Below, piece by piece: positions 27,309-37,900 of a stretch of 64,000 nt of DNA (position 1 is its first letter; every line of letters starts with the position of its first letter). Both the position numbers and the translations under genes were made by a program. Below the pieces are notes generated by a model. That model worked only from the letters and a program-made list of their open reading frames with translations. It was not told where the DNA came from and searched no databases. The DNA is from Planctomycetota bacterium (GTDB lineage: Bacteria > Planctomycetota > UBA1135 > UBA2386). The stretch is from contig OZ245006.1 in assembly GCA_965223545.1 (NCBI GenBank), positions 288,001 to 352,000 of the forward strand, read 5' to 3'.

Positions 27309-28628
27309 CTACATCGCCCCACCATCCGGCGCCGGCGGCGCGGCCGCACCGTCGTTGATGAGGCCTTCGCTGCGCGCGACGCAGGTCGCCACCGTCGCGT
27401 CGCCGGTCACGTTCAACACCGTGCGGCACATGTCGAGCGGACGGTCGACCCCGAGGATCAGTGCAATGCCCTCGGCCGGCACTTCGATCTGCGCCAGGAC
27501 GATGGTCAGCATGACGATGCCGACGCCGGGCACGGCCGCGGTGCCGATCGACGCCAACGCCGCCGTGAGGACGATCATCAGCTGATCGCCCACCGTGAGT
27601 GGGATGCCGTAGAAGGTGGCGATGAACACCGCCGCGACGCCCTGATACAGCCCGGTGCCGTCCATGTTGACGGTCGCGCCCAGCGGCAGCACGAAGCTCG
27701 ACACCTCCTCGTCGACGCCGACTCCCTTCTCGACGCAGTCGATGGTGACTGGCAACGTCGCACCGGACGAGCTCGAGCTGAACGCGAGCAGCTGCGCCGG
27801 CGCCATCGCGGCGAAGAACTTGCGCACCGGCACCTTGCCGACGAAGCGCAGCAGCGGCAGGTAGACCAACATCGCGTGCAAGGTGAGCGCGGCGACGACG
27901 GTCAGCATGTAGCCGAGCAGGGCCGCGGCCAGATCTCCCAGCTGCTCGGCGTCACTGCCGAACTCGGCGATCACCGACGCCATCAGCGCGAACACGCCGA
28001 TCGGCGCGATACGCATGATCAGATGCACCATCTCGATGATGGCATCCGACAACAGCGAGAACACTTCGACCACGTGCTCGACGCTCTTCTTGTTGCGCAA
28101 CCGCGTCAGCGCGATGCCGAGCAACAGCGAGAAGAACACGACCTGCAACATCTTGCCGTCGTAGGCGTTGGCCAGCGCGTAGAAGGGGTTGGTCGGCACG
28201 ATGTCGACCAGCTGGTCGCCGATGCTGACCGCCTTCGCGGTCTCGACCCGCTGGCCGGCGTCGGCGGCGAACCGCTCCATCAGCCGGTCGGCGCTCTCCC
28301 GCGACAGGTTGGAGCCGGGTTGCACGATGTTGGCCACCAACAATCCGACCGTGATCGCCACCGCGGTGGTGCCCAGGTACAGCACCAGCGTCTTGCCGCC
28401 GATGCGCCCCACCTTGGCGGTGTCGTTGAGGCTGGCGACGCCCGCCACCAGCGAGAACAGCACCAGCGGCACCGCGATCATCTTCAGCAGATTGAGGAAG
28501 ATGGTGCCGAACGGCTTGATCCAAACCAGGATGTGCTCGGCGTGCCCCATCTGGGCCGCGACGATGCCGTAGGTGACCCCGGCCGCCATCGACAGAAGGA
28601 TCCACCAGTGCAGGGCGAGCTTGGTCAT
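27309..28628 (-). CDS. gltP: Dicarboxylate/amino acid:cation symporter (GltP/GltT family)
   Basis: AFSSSSSGATLP, PLGATVNMDGT, and DRPLDMCRTVLNVTGD. Confidence 0.92.
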   Translation of the reverse strand: MTKLALHWWILLSMAAGVTYGIVAAQMGHAEHILVWIKPFGTIFLNLLKMIAVPLVLFSLVAGVASLNDTAKVGRIGGKTLVLYLGTTAVAITVGLLVANIVQPGSNLSRESADRLMERFAADAGQRVETAKAVSIGDQLVDIVPTNPFYALANAYDGKMLQVVFFSLLLGIALTRLRNKKSVEHVVEVFSLLSDAIIEMVHLIMRIAPIGVFALMASVIAEFGSDAEQLGDLAAALLGYMLTVVAALTLHAMLVYLPLLRFVGKVPVRKFFAAMAPAQLLAFSSSSSGATLPVTIDCVEKGVGVDEEVSSFVLPLGATVNMDGTGLYQGVAAVFIATFYGIPLTVGDQLMIVLTAALASIGTAAVPGVGIVMLTIVLAQIEVPAEGIALILGVDRPLDMCRTVLNVTGDATVATCVARSEGLINDGAAAPPAPDGGAM

Positions 28629-28681
28629 CCGCAGAAGGCTATCCTAAGACCGCCCCCACACCGAAGGGCGCGGGCGCGGGA

Positions 28682-30400
28682 TCACCGCGGCGTAGTGCGG
28701 ACGCGGTGCCGCTGAGCGCTGGGCTCGACCCAGAGGAAGCGCGGCGTGAAGCCCGCGCCGGTGACCGCGCGGCCCTGGAACCGCCGGTGCAGCAACGCCG
28801 TGCTGCGCGGGTAGTAAAGCACCGTGACCGGCTGCTCGTCGCGCAGCACGCTCGCCAGCTCGTGGAACGCGCGTTGCCGCGCCTCCTGGTCGGCGGCACC
28901 GCGCACCGCTTCGAGCGCCCGGTCGGCGGCGGCGCTGCGGTAACGCATCCAGTTCATGCCGGTCGCGGTGGCTTGTGAGGAGTGGAACACGGCGTAGCCG
29001 TCGTTCCAGACGTCCGGACTGAAGAAGTAGACGTAGCCGTCGAAGTCGCGCGCACCGATCCGCTGCTGCAGCACCGGCACCGCCGCGGACTGCACGGTGA
29101 GCACCACTCCGGCCCGCGCCAAGTCGGCGGCGCACAGCTCGAGCGCGGCACGGTGGTCCGGCGTGCCCTCGTGCACCAGAAGCTCCAGCTCGAGTGGCTT
29201 CGCCCCCTCCGCTTCCCCGCGCGCCCCCCGCAACGCCGGCCGCAGCGCGCCGAGGTCGCGCCCGAGTGGCGGCACGTCGTCATCGCGCCCGTACGCCGGG
29301 TGGAACCAGCCGCGCGCCTGCTCGGCGCGCGGCCCGAGCAGCCGGGCGATCGCCGCGGTGTCCATCGCCATGCCGAGCGCGCGCCGCACCCCGGCGTCGC
29401 GGAACGGAGCGCGCTCGTGGTTCCAGACGATGAAGCAGACGCCGATGGTGCGATAGCCGTAGACCAAGGCCCGGTATTCACGCGCCAACGTCGCGTCGGC
29501 CGCGAGGGTCGCCTCGGGGTCGCGGTCGGGGGCGAAGTCGACGTCGCCGGCGCCCAGGGCGGCGCGCAGCGCCGCCGGGTCGCCGAAGTGCCGCAGCCGA
29601 ATCCCGGCGAGGTTCCAACCCGCCCGATCCGTAGCCCGCTGCCAGCTGTGCTCGTTCTGCAACAGGAGCAGCTCGCGATCGGTGGCGCTCGCCAGCCGAT
29701 ACGGCCCACTGCCGGGACCACACTCCGACACACCCAGCAGCAGCTCGCCGAAGCGGGGATCGCCCACCGCCGGCGCGGCGGCATCGCCAGCGGCGTGTGC
29801 GGCGGCGGCGACCGCGTCTTCGACCGCGGCGCGGCAAACCACGGGACAACGCACCAGGACGCGTTCGAGTGCCGCGTAGCCCGCCTCGCGCAGCGTCAGG
29901 CGCAGCCGCCACGGCCCGCTCGGCTCGACGTGCTCGACCGCGCGCAGCGCCGGCCAGATGCTGCCTGGCAACGGGTGCCCGGCAGCGGCCAACTCGAACG
30001 GCAGCAGCACGTCCTCGACCTGCATCGGTGTGCCGTCGGCGAACACCACGTCGTCGCGCAGCTCGAGCTCGAAGGTGCGCGCCTCGCGCCCCGGCTGCCA
30101 ATCGCGCACGACGGCAGGCACCAGACGGACCTCGTCCTCGTCGATCCGAGCCAGGGTGTCGTAGACCCGCGCCAAGAGATGGTTGCGGGCGAGCGAGTCG
30201 GTGCAGGTCAGGAGGTTGCGCTGCCGGATCGGGGCCGCCGTCGCCATCACCAGCAGGTCGCCCTGCGGCCGGGCGCGCCCATCCTCCAGCACCACCTCGT
30301 GCTCGTCGCGCGGCGCCGCGCCCGCCAGCGCCCAGAGGCCCAACGCGCCGATGCCGGCCACCGCCAGCAGCGACCACAACACCGTCGTGGTGGTCCGCAC
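28682..30400 (-). CDS. Family 5 ABC solute-binding protein with an N-terminal TM anchor
   Basis: YDTLARID, LRDDVVFADG, GSGPYRL, PFRDAGVRRAL, NWMRYRS. Start uncertain. Confidence 0.8.
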   Translation of the reverse strand: MRTTTTVLWSLLAVAGIGALGLWALAGAAPRDEHEVVLEDGRARPQGDLLVMATAAPIRQRNLLTCTDSLARNHLLARVYDTLARIDEDEVRLVPAVVRDWQPGREARTFELELRDDVVFADGTPMQVEDVLLPFELAAAGHPLPGSIWPALRAVEHVEPSGPWRLRLTLREAGYAALERVLVRCPVVCRAAVEDAVAAAAHAAGDAAAPAVGDPRFGELLLGVSECGPGSGPYRLASATDRELLLLQNEHSWQRATDRAGWNLAGIRLRHFGDPAALRAALGAGDVDFAPDRDPEATLAADATLAREYRALVYGYRTIGVCFIVWNHERAPFRDAGVRRALGMAMDTAAIARLLGPRAEQARGWFHPAYGRDDDVPPLGRDLGALRPALRGARGEAEGAKPLELELLVHEGTPDHRAALELCAADLARAGVVLTVQSAAVPVLQQRIGARDFDGYVYFFSPDVWNDGYAVFHSSQATATGMNWMRYRSAAADRALEAVRGAADQEARQRAFHELASVLRDEQPVTVLYYPRSTALLHRRFQGRAVTGAGFTPRFLWVEPSAQRHRVRTTPR

Positions 30401-30497
30401 GACGTCTGATCCTACTGCTCTGCGGAGAGCCGGAGCAAAGCAAACCGACCCGCCCACGGCTGCGCGCCCCGGCGCCAGCGCCGATACTGGGATCGCC

Positions 30498-32063
30498 GTG
30501 TCGACGACCGCAAGCTCCCGTCCCCGCCGCTCGCGGTTTGCCCTGCTGCTGTTCGGTGTGGCCGCCGGCCTGGTGGCGTTCGAGCTCGCAGCGCAGACCG
30601 TGGCCTACGTGATCTGGCACACCGAGCGCCAATCGCCAAGCACCGCGACCGGCACGTCCGCGGTTCTCTGCGTCGGCGACTCCAACACGTTCGGTATGGG
30701 GGCTTCGTCGGCGGAGTATTCGTACCCGGCGCGGTTGCAGCGCCGGCTGGACCGGGCGCAGCCCGGCCGTTGGCGCGTCGTCAACGGCGGCCGCCCCGGC
30801 CGCAACTCGGAGGAGCTGGTCCGCGCCCTGCCACTGCAGCTGCAGCGCTACCGCCCGCGTCTGGTGTACGTGCTGGTGGGCTTCAACGACGGCTGGTCGA
30901 ACGCCGCGGCCGTCACCGATGCGCTGACCGTGGATGCGGACGCCTTCCCACTGCGCTGGCGGACCGGCCGCCTGCTGGCGTTGGCCGCACGGTGGTGGTC
31001 GGCCGTCTCCGACGACGGCCCGGCGCGCGAGCCGCTGACCGCGGGCGACTGGCACGACAGGGAGCGAAGGCTCGCGCTATCGCTGGCGGCGGACGGGTGC
31101 TGCACCATCAACGGTACGGACGCCTTCTGGGAGCAGCGTGGCGAGCAGCTGGTGTTCACCATGGAGAACGGCGCGCGATGGCCGGTGACCTGGCGCCGAA
31201 AGGCCGAGCGACTGATCCTCGCCCGCGCCGGCCAGCCCATCTTCGACGGTGCTCCGGGGCGCGCACCGGCGGGAGACGGCGCACCGCGCCAGGCGATCTT
31301 CTTCGCCGCGCCGCCGCCGATGCCGTCCTCCGATCCTCGCTTCGAAGCAGAGTTTGCCAAGGCGTGCGCGCAGCTGCGGACCGACCCGACCGACGCGGCG
31401 CTCTGGAAGCGACTGGCTGCGTTCGAGCTGGACGCCCACCACCTACAACAGCTGGAGCACGTCCTGCGCGATGCGATTTCCACGACGACCGACGCCCCAC
31501 CGCGGGCCCGCTTGCTGCGCGGCCTGTGCTCGGTGCCAGGCAAACCGCTCGACGACCGATTGCGCTGGGCGCTGGAGGCGGCGACGCTCGACGGCGACGG
31601 CACCGCGGTCGTGCGCCTTTTGGCGCTGGCGTCGCCGCCAGTGGACCGCGCGCGCTTCGATGCTTTGGTGACGGAGGTCGCCGATGCCTCCGGCCGCGCA
31701 GCCCTGGCCCAGCTGTTCGACCGGCGCCCCCCTCCGCATGGACCCGGCGACGTCTCCGTGCTGGCGCACAACCTCCGCCGCGCGGTGCAGCTGTGCCGTG
31801 ACGGTGGCGCGGAGTGCGTGTTGCTCGACTACCCACAGGTGGTGCCCGCCGTGCGCGCCACGGCCGACGGGCTGGCCGAGGAGCTCGGCCTCGGCCGCGT
31901 CGCCGTGCGCGCAGCGTTCGAGCAAGCGCTGGCTACGGCGAAGCCAACCGACCTGTTCGTCGCCGATGGGCACTGCAGCGACGCGGGCTACGCCGTGCTG
32001 GCTGAGGCGGTTTGGCAGGACGCGCGCCGGCGGTTGGCGGTGCCCGATGACGGGCCGCGGTAG
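30498..32063 (+). CDS. Membrane-anchored SGNH hydrolase with a large central insertion
   Basis: TM segment, CVGDSNTFG, NGGRPG, VGFND, and C-terminal DGHCSDAGY. Confidence 0.75.
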   Translation: MSTTASSRPRRSRFALLLFGVAAGLVAFELAAQTVAYVIWHTERQSPSTATGTSAVLCVGDSNTFGMGASSAEYSYPARLQRRLDRAQPGRWRVVNGGRPGRNSEELVRALPLQLQRYRPRLVYVLVGFNDGWSNAAAVTDALTVDADAFPLRWRTGRLLALAARWWSAVSDDGPAREPLTAGDWHDRERRLALSLAADGCCTINGTDAFWEQRGEQLVFTMENGARWPVTWRRKAERLILARAGQPIFDGAPGRAPAGDGAPRQAIFFAAPPPMPSSDPRFEAEFAKACAQLRTDPTDAALWKRLAAFELDAHHLQQLEHVLRDAISTTTDAPPRARLLRGLCSVPGKPLDDRLRWALEAATLDGDGTAVVRLLALASPPVDRARFDALVTEVADASGRAALAQLFDRRPPPHGPGDVSVLAHNLRRAVQLCRDGGAECVLLDYPQVVPAVRATADGLAEELGLGRVAVRAAFEQALATAKPTDLFVADGHCSDAGYAVLAEAVWQDARRRLAVPDDGPR

Positions 32064-32074
32064 CCGGGTGGCCC

Positions 32075-33733
32075 TCACCAGCCCTCGGGCACCAGGCCGA
32101 GTGCGCCGATCGGTGCGCCGGCGAACCGGCGGTGCAACAGGAGCGAGACGCGCGGGTGCACCAAGAGGGTGCACGGCTGATCGCGGTCCAGCTGGCGCTC
32201 CAGCGCGATGTGCTGCCGCCGGCGCTCCGCCGGCTCGTCGGCCGCCGCCAGCGCATCCAAGGCACGGTCGGTCGCGGCACTGGCGTAGCCCATCCAGTTA
32301 CGGTCGTCGGTCGCCGACGAGTGGTATTCGGTGCGGGGGTCGCGCCACGGATCCTGACTGACGACCAGCAGGATGCCGTCGAAGTCGTGCGCGCGCAGCC
32401 GGGCCAGCATCGTCGCGAACGGCTGCGCCTCGACCTCCAGATCGACGTTGGCGCGCGCGAACGCCGGTGCGCTGAGGTCGGTGATGCGCCGGTGCTCGGG
32501 CGCCTCGCTGGCGATCAACAGGCGCACCTTCAGCCCGTCGTGGCCAGCGGCGCGCAGCCCTGCCGCTGCCGCCGCCGGATCGAAGCGCAGCGGGTCGCGT
32601 TCGAACTCCGGCGCATCGACCGTCCACGCCTCCGGCACCCGTGCGTGCCCGGCGAACAGATCGCGGACGATGCTCTGCCGGTCGAACAACCGCGTCAGCG
32701 CGCGGCGCACGGCGGAGTCGCCGAACGGCTGCCGCCGGTGGTTCCAGACGATCATGTAGCGACCGCTGCCGCGGCCGTCGTAGACGACGTGCTGGTAGTG
32801 GCGCGCCAGCGCCGGATCGGCGGCCAACCGCGCCTCGCCGTCGGGATCGACCAGCCAGTCGATCTGTTGTCGGCGCAAGGCGACTCCACGGGCCACGGGA
32901 TCGGTGATGAACAGCAGCCGCAGCGCGTCGAGGCGCCAGCGCTCGGGGTGCGCGGCGCGCGTCCAGGCGTGCGGGTTGCGCTCCAGCGTCCACTGCGCCG
33001 CATCGAAGCGCAGCCGCCCGTCGCCGGTGCGCGGCAGTCGGTACGGACCGGTGCCCGGCCCGGCATCGCGAATCCGCCCCAGCAGCTCGCCGAACGCGGC
33101 CGTACCGACCTCGGGGACCTCCCGCTCCTCGCCGCGCGCCAGCTGCGCGATCCGATCTTCGAAGAAGGCTCGGCTGACGACGAGGTAGCCGGTCGCCATC
33201 TGGCCGAACGCGCGCTCGCCGGCCTCGCGCATGCGCACGTGCACGGCGCCGTCGCGTTCCTCGATCGCCTCGACGTGCCGCAGCGCGGCGCCGATCTCGC
33301 CGAGGGCGAATCCACCGGCCGCGGCCACCCGATGGGTGAACAACACGTCGGCGGCGCGCAGCGGAGACCCATCGGCGAACACCGCATCGTCGCGCAGGGT
33401 GAAGCGCACGCCGAGACCGTCGGCGTCGCGCTCCCACGACCTTGCCAGCGCCGGTCGCAGCGCGGCGGTTCGCGGGTCGAGATCGGCAAGGGCCTCGTGG
33501 GTGTAGGCCAGCACTTGGCGCCGCGCGGTGCGCTCGCGGGTGGTGAACGGGTTGAGGTCGGTCGGCCGCTGAGCCGGGCCGGTCAGTACCCGGCGCTGCG
33601 CCGCCGCGGCCCCGGCGGGCGCGGCGCCGCCGGCGGGTGGGTCGTCGGCGCACGCCGCCAACGCGCAGCACGCCACCACCGCAGTGGCCACGACCCGCGG
33701 CCAGACCTCGGGGGATGAGCGGCACAGCTGCAC
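32075..33733 (-). CDS. Family 5 ABC solute-binding lipoprotein
   Basis: Lipobox LAAC, DLNPF, LRDDAVFADG, GTGPYRL, PFGDSAVRRAL, NWMGY. Start uncertain. Confidence 0.8.
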   Translation of the reverse strand: MQLCRSSPEVWPRVVATAVVACCALAACADDPPAGGAAPAGAAAAQRRVLTGPAQRPTDLNPFTTRERTARRQVLAYTHEALADLDPRTAALRPALARSWERDADGLGVRFTLRDDAVFADGSPLRAADVLFTHRVAAAGGFALGEIGAALRHVEAIEERDGAVHVRMREAGERAFGQMATGYLVVSRAFFEDRIAQLARGEEREVPEVGTAAFGELLGRIRDAGPGTGPYRLPRTGDGRLRFDAAQWTLERNPHAWTRAAHPERWRLDALRLLFITDPVARGVALRRQQIDWLVDPDGEARLAADPALARHYQHVVYDGRGSGRYMIVWNHRRQPFGDSAVRRALTRLFDRQSIVRDLFAGHARVPEAWTVDAPEFERDPLRFDPAAAAAGLRAAGHDGLKVRLLIASEAPEHRRITDLSAPAFARANVDLEVEAQPFATMLARLRAHDFDGILLVVSQDPWRDPRTEYHSSATDDRNWMGYASAATDRALDALAAADEPAERRRQHIALERQLDRDQPCTLLVHPRVSLLLHRRFAGAPIGALGLVPEGW

Positions 33734-33943
33734 GATGGGGCGAGGCTGGGGCCGACCCGCGGCGAGGTCAAGTCGTGGTGCGAATGTCCCTTCGCCCGGC
33801 GCCGCGGAGCGAACCGACCCCGCCGGCTGGGCGTTGGGGCACCCCCGGGGTAGCTTTTTCCGACCGCGGGCGCTGGCTCGGGCACCGAACCCACGGCCAC
33901 AAGGCGCCCACAAAGGCCACGCCGGCCCCGTAACATCCGCTCG

Positions 33944-34615
33944 ATGCAATCCAGGTTCGTGCTCTGGTCCGTGCTCGCCCACGGTGCGCTCATCCTGGGC
34001 GCGGGCGTGTACGCGACCCGGGGCGCCGACCCCCGCCCACTGCGGCTGCAGGTGCTCCCGCCGCAGCCCGCGCCACGGGAGGTGGAAACCAAGCCGCCGA
34101 CACCGCCGCCCGCCGCCGAGACCACATCGACGGAGGCCGCGCTGGAGCGCCACCTGCCGGCACCGCCGCAGACCTTCGAGCCACCTCCCGAGACCCTGCG
34201 CGACCGCCCCCTTCCCCGCCCGCTGCAGTGGACCGACGCGATGCTCCGGCCTCTGCGACCGGAACCCGAACCGCCCACCCAGCAGCCGCCCGAAAAGCCA
34301 CCCGAAGAGCCGCCGCCGAGCCCACCACCCGCGCCGCTGGTCGAGGCCCGCATCGTCGCCGGCCAGAACCCGAGTCCGCACTACCCGCGCGCGGCGCGCG
34401 ATCTCGAGCTGGAAGGCGTGGTGCGGCTGCGCGCCCACATCGCCGGTGACGGCGGTGTCACCCGAGTCGAGGTCCTGCAGTCTTCCGGCCACGCGCTGCT
34501 CGACCAGGCGGCGACCGAGGCGCTCGAGCGCTGGCGCTTCGAGCCGGCCCGTCGCGGCGCGCTGCCGGTCGACAGCACGTTCGACCAGGAGTTCGAGTTC
34601 AGGCTGCGGGGCTGA
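33944..34615 (+). CDS. tonB: Energy transducer TonB
   Basis: TM segment with SVLAH, Pro-rich linker, and C-domain PHYPRAAR..LEGVV...SSGHALLDQAA..ALERWRFEPA. Confidence 0.88.
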   Translation: MQSRFVLWSVLAHGALILGAGVYATRGADPRPLRLQVLPPQPAPREVETKPPTPPPAAETTSTEAALERHLPAPPQTFEPPPETLRDRPLPRPLQWTDAMLRPLRPEPEPPTQQPPEKPPEEPPPSPPPAPLVEARIVAGQNPSPHYPRAARDLELEGVVRLRAHIAGDGGVTRVEVLQSSGHALLDQAATEALERWRFEPARRGALPVDSTFDQEFEFRLRG

Positions 34616-34618
34616 GCC

Positions 34619-35458
<840 letters not shown>

Positions 35459-35496
35459 CGCGCTGGTGTGTCCACACGCGTCCCGGTCGAGGCTGT

Positions 35497-37773
35497 TCAG
35501 CGCCCGCCGATCACCGCGCGGAGCGCGTTGCTCGCGGTGACGCCCAGCGGGTTCGCCGGTGGGTCGACAACGGCCGCCTGCGCGTAGAACTGCGCCGCGA
35601 TCAGGCTGGGATCGGCGGGGATCGACAATCCGATCCGGGTCGAGCCGGCGCTCGACAACGCGAGGACGATGCCGGCGGCCGCGTTGGTGTAGAGCGCGCA
35701 GTTGGGCATGCCGATGCCCGCGAGCGGAACGGGCAACGTCAGCGCCCCCCACTGGCTGCTCGAGTCGCCCAGCACCAGCAGGCCGGGGCTCCCGGGCGGG
35801 ACCGCATCGAGCTGCAGCGTCGCGTTTCCACCCAGCCACGGCAACCCGTAGGGCGCGACCGACAGCGCCGGGACTCCCGCCGAACCGGAGCAACCCGCGC
35901 CGAACGGCACCGCCGCTGCCGGCGCGTCGGGGGCGAGGCTCCACCAGTCGTCGAGGAGGGTCAACCTGCCGATCGCGCCACCACTGATCCACATCCGGCC
36001 GCGCGTGCCGTCGTAGGCGGCGGCGTGCTCGCTGCGGGGGGGCGGCGGAGTGGCGGGGTTCCGCTGCGTCCAGGTGACGCCGTCCCACTCCCAGACATCC
36101 GCAAACTCACGGCCGGCACCGAAGCCGCCGAACAAGACCACACAGCCGCGGGCGCGGTCGAAGGTCAGCGTGTGCCCGGACCGCGGCGACGGAGACGCGG
36201 AGGGCGAACGCTGGCTCCACTGGCCACCGACCCACTCCCAGGTATCGCCGAACGTCGTCGCCGCGTTGACACCGCCGAACAGCACGACGGCATCCCGGCG
36301 GGCGTCGTAGGCCAACGCGTGCCGCTCCCTCGCCGGCGGGGACTGCGGCGACGGCTCGGCCCGCCACGCCACGCCATCGGTCGACCACGTATCCCCGATG
36401 ATCCCACTCGCCGCACGACCGCCGAAGACCAGCCCGCGCCTGCTGGATTCCATCCAGGCGAACCCGTGCTCACTCCGTTCCGGCGGAGGGTTCTGCTGGT
36501 TGACCTGCCGCCAGTCGTTGCCGTTCCACGACCAAAGGTCGTTGTAGAACACCGCGCGGTTGCCGCCGAACATGAGCGAGCGGCGATTGTCGCCGTCGTA
36601 GACCAACGAGTGTCCCACCCGCGGCGGAGGCCGGGTCACCGGCTGTCGCTGAACCCAGTCCGTGCCCACCCACTCCCAGGTCTTGTTGCCGTGGGTCGCC
36701 ATCGGCGCTCCGCCGAACGCCACGACTCGATCGCGGCTCGTGTCGTACGCCAGCGCGTGTCCCTGCACCGGGCGGGGAGCCGGATCGTTGCGCAGTGACC
36801 AGTCGCTGCCGTCCCACTCCCAGAGATCGCTGCCGTTTCCGTACAGCACCACGCGCCGGCGGGCCGGGTCGTAGGCCATGTCGTGACAGATGCGTCCCGG
36901 TGGCGTCTGGGAAGGCTGCTGGCGCGTCCAGTTCGTTCCGTCCCAGGTCCACGTGTCATTCAGTGGTTGCAGCAGCACACCCCGACCGCCGAACAGCACG
37001 ACGACCCCACGCGCCGCGTCGAACGCCATCGCGTGGTCGAACCGTGCACTCGGTGACTGCGCCGGCGAACGCACGTTCCAATCGCCGCCATCCCAGACCA
37101 GCGTCGTGTCCACCTCGGTGGCGAACCTGATGATGCTCTCACCGCCAAACGCCACGATCTCGCCGCGCACCGAGTCGTATGCCATCGCGAATCCTTCGAG
37201 CGGCTGCGGCAATGGGGCGCCGGCGCGCAGCTTCCAGTTCGTGCCATCGAACACCCAGGTCTCGTCGCTCGACATGGCGCCGACCGAGCCCCCCGCCAAC
37301 ACCATCACGCCGCGGGCGGCGTCGAAGGCCATCGGCGCCCGCCGCCGTGGACTCGGCGACGAGGCCGGCAACACTTGCGCCCATTGGCTCCCGTCCCACT
37401 CCCAGGTGTCACCGAGCGAAGCGAACAGATTGGTCAGCCCACCGAACGCGACAACCACGCCGCGGCTCGTATCCAAGGCGAGTGCGTGACTCATGCGCGC
37501 CGGCATGCTCCCGGTGGGGATCAGGGTCACGCGAGTACCGTCCCAGTGCCACGACTCGGGCACGACAGCACCGAGGCTGTAGCCGCCGCCGACCACGAGG
37601 ACGCCGCGGCCGCTCGGATCGGTGGCCATCCGTGGCTCGCTGCGGAACCCGGGAATCGGTGCACGCGTCCACGACAGCTGAGCGGCGGGACAGGTGCAGC
37701 AAGACACCACGGCGAGGGCTGCTGCGCCCAGCGTGGCTCGGCCCGAGGTGATGGGGTGGGAATCGGGTCTCAT
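35497..37773 (-). CDS. Secreted Kelch-repeat double beta-propeller protein with a C-terminal beta-sandwich
   Basis: About 12 repeats of H.(M/L)AYD..R..VV.FGG...TWEWDG..W; tail FGAGC...YAQAAVVDPPANPLGVTASNA. Confidence 0.85.
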   Translation of the reverse strand: MRPDSHPITSGRATLGAAALAVVSCCTCPAAQLSWTRAPIPGFRSEPRMATDPSGRGVLVVGGGYSLGAVVPESWHWDGTRVTLIPTGSMPARMSHALALDTSRGVVVAFGGLTNLFASLGDTWEWDGSQWAQVLPASSPSPRRRAPMAFDAARGVMVLAGGSVGAMSSDETWVFDGTNWKLRAGAPLPQPLEGFAMAYDSVRGEIVAFGGESIIRFATEVDTTLVWDGGDWNVRSPAQSPSARFDHAMAFDAARGVVVLFGGRGVLLQPLNDTWTWDGTNWTRQQPSQTPPGRICHDMAYDPARRRVVLYGNGSDLWEWDGSDWSLRNDPAPRPVQGHALAYDTSRDRVVAFGGAPMATHGNKTWEWVGTDWVQRQPVTRPPPRVGHSLVYDGDNRRSLMFGGNRAVFYNDLWSWNGNDWRQVNQQNPPPERSEHGFAWMESSRRGLVFGGRAASGIIGDTWSTDGVAWRAEPSPQSPPARERHALAYDARRDAVVLFGGVNAATTFGDTWEWVGGQWSQRSPSASPSPRSGHTLTFDRARGCVVLFGGFGAGREFADVWEWDGVTWTQRNPATPPPPRSEHAAAYDGTRGRMWISGGAIGRLTLLDDWWSLAPDAPAAAVPFGAGCSGSAGVPALSVAPYGLPWLGGNATLQLDAVPPGSPGLLVLGDSSSQWGALTLPVPLAGIGMPNCALYTNAAAGIVLALSSAGSTRIGLSIPADPSLIAAQFYAQAAVVDPPANPLGVTASNALRAVIGGR

Positions 37774-37833
37774 GTGGCGTGTCCAGGGTAGGCGACCTGA
37801 TCGCCCCGGTGCCGCGGTGGCCGCTCTTACTGC

Positions 37834-37860
37834 AACGCTCGCCGACAAAAACTCCGTTCC
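37834..37860 (-). promoter_or_regulatory. Candidate ECF-type promoter (GGAAC-N18-CGTT) facing the Kelch gene
   Basis: The minus strand reads GGAAC ggagtttttgtcggcgag CGTT in the divergent intergenic region next to the ECF sigma gene. Confidence 0.3.
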
Positions 37861-37900
37861 GGTGTAGCAATGCACGCCTCCCGGGCGGACACCGAGCAAG

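Noticed and set aside
35940..37680. Recurring TCCCACTCCCA-like DNA motifs suggesting an array or CRISPR
   Set aside because: They are codons for the WEW(D/V)G Kelch repeats; there are no identical repeats with spacers and no cas genes.
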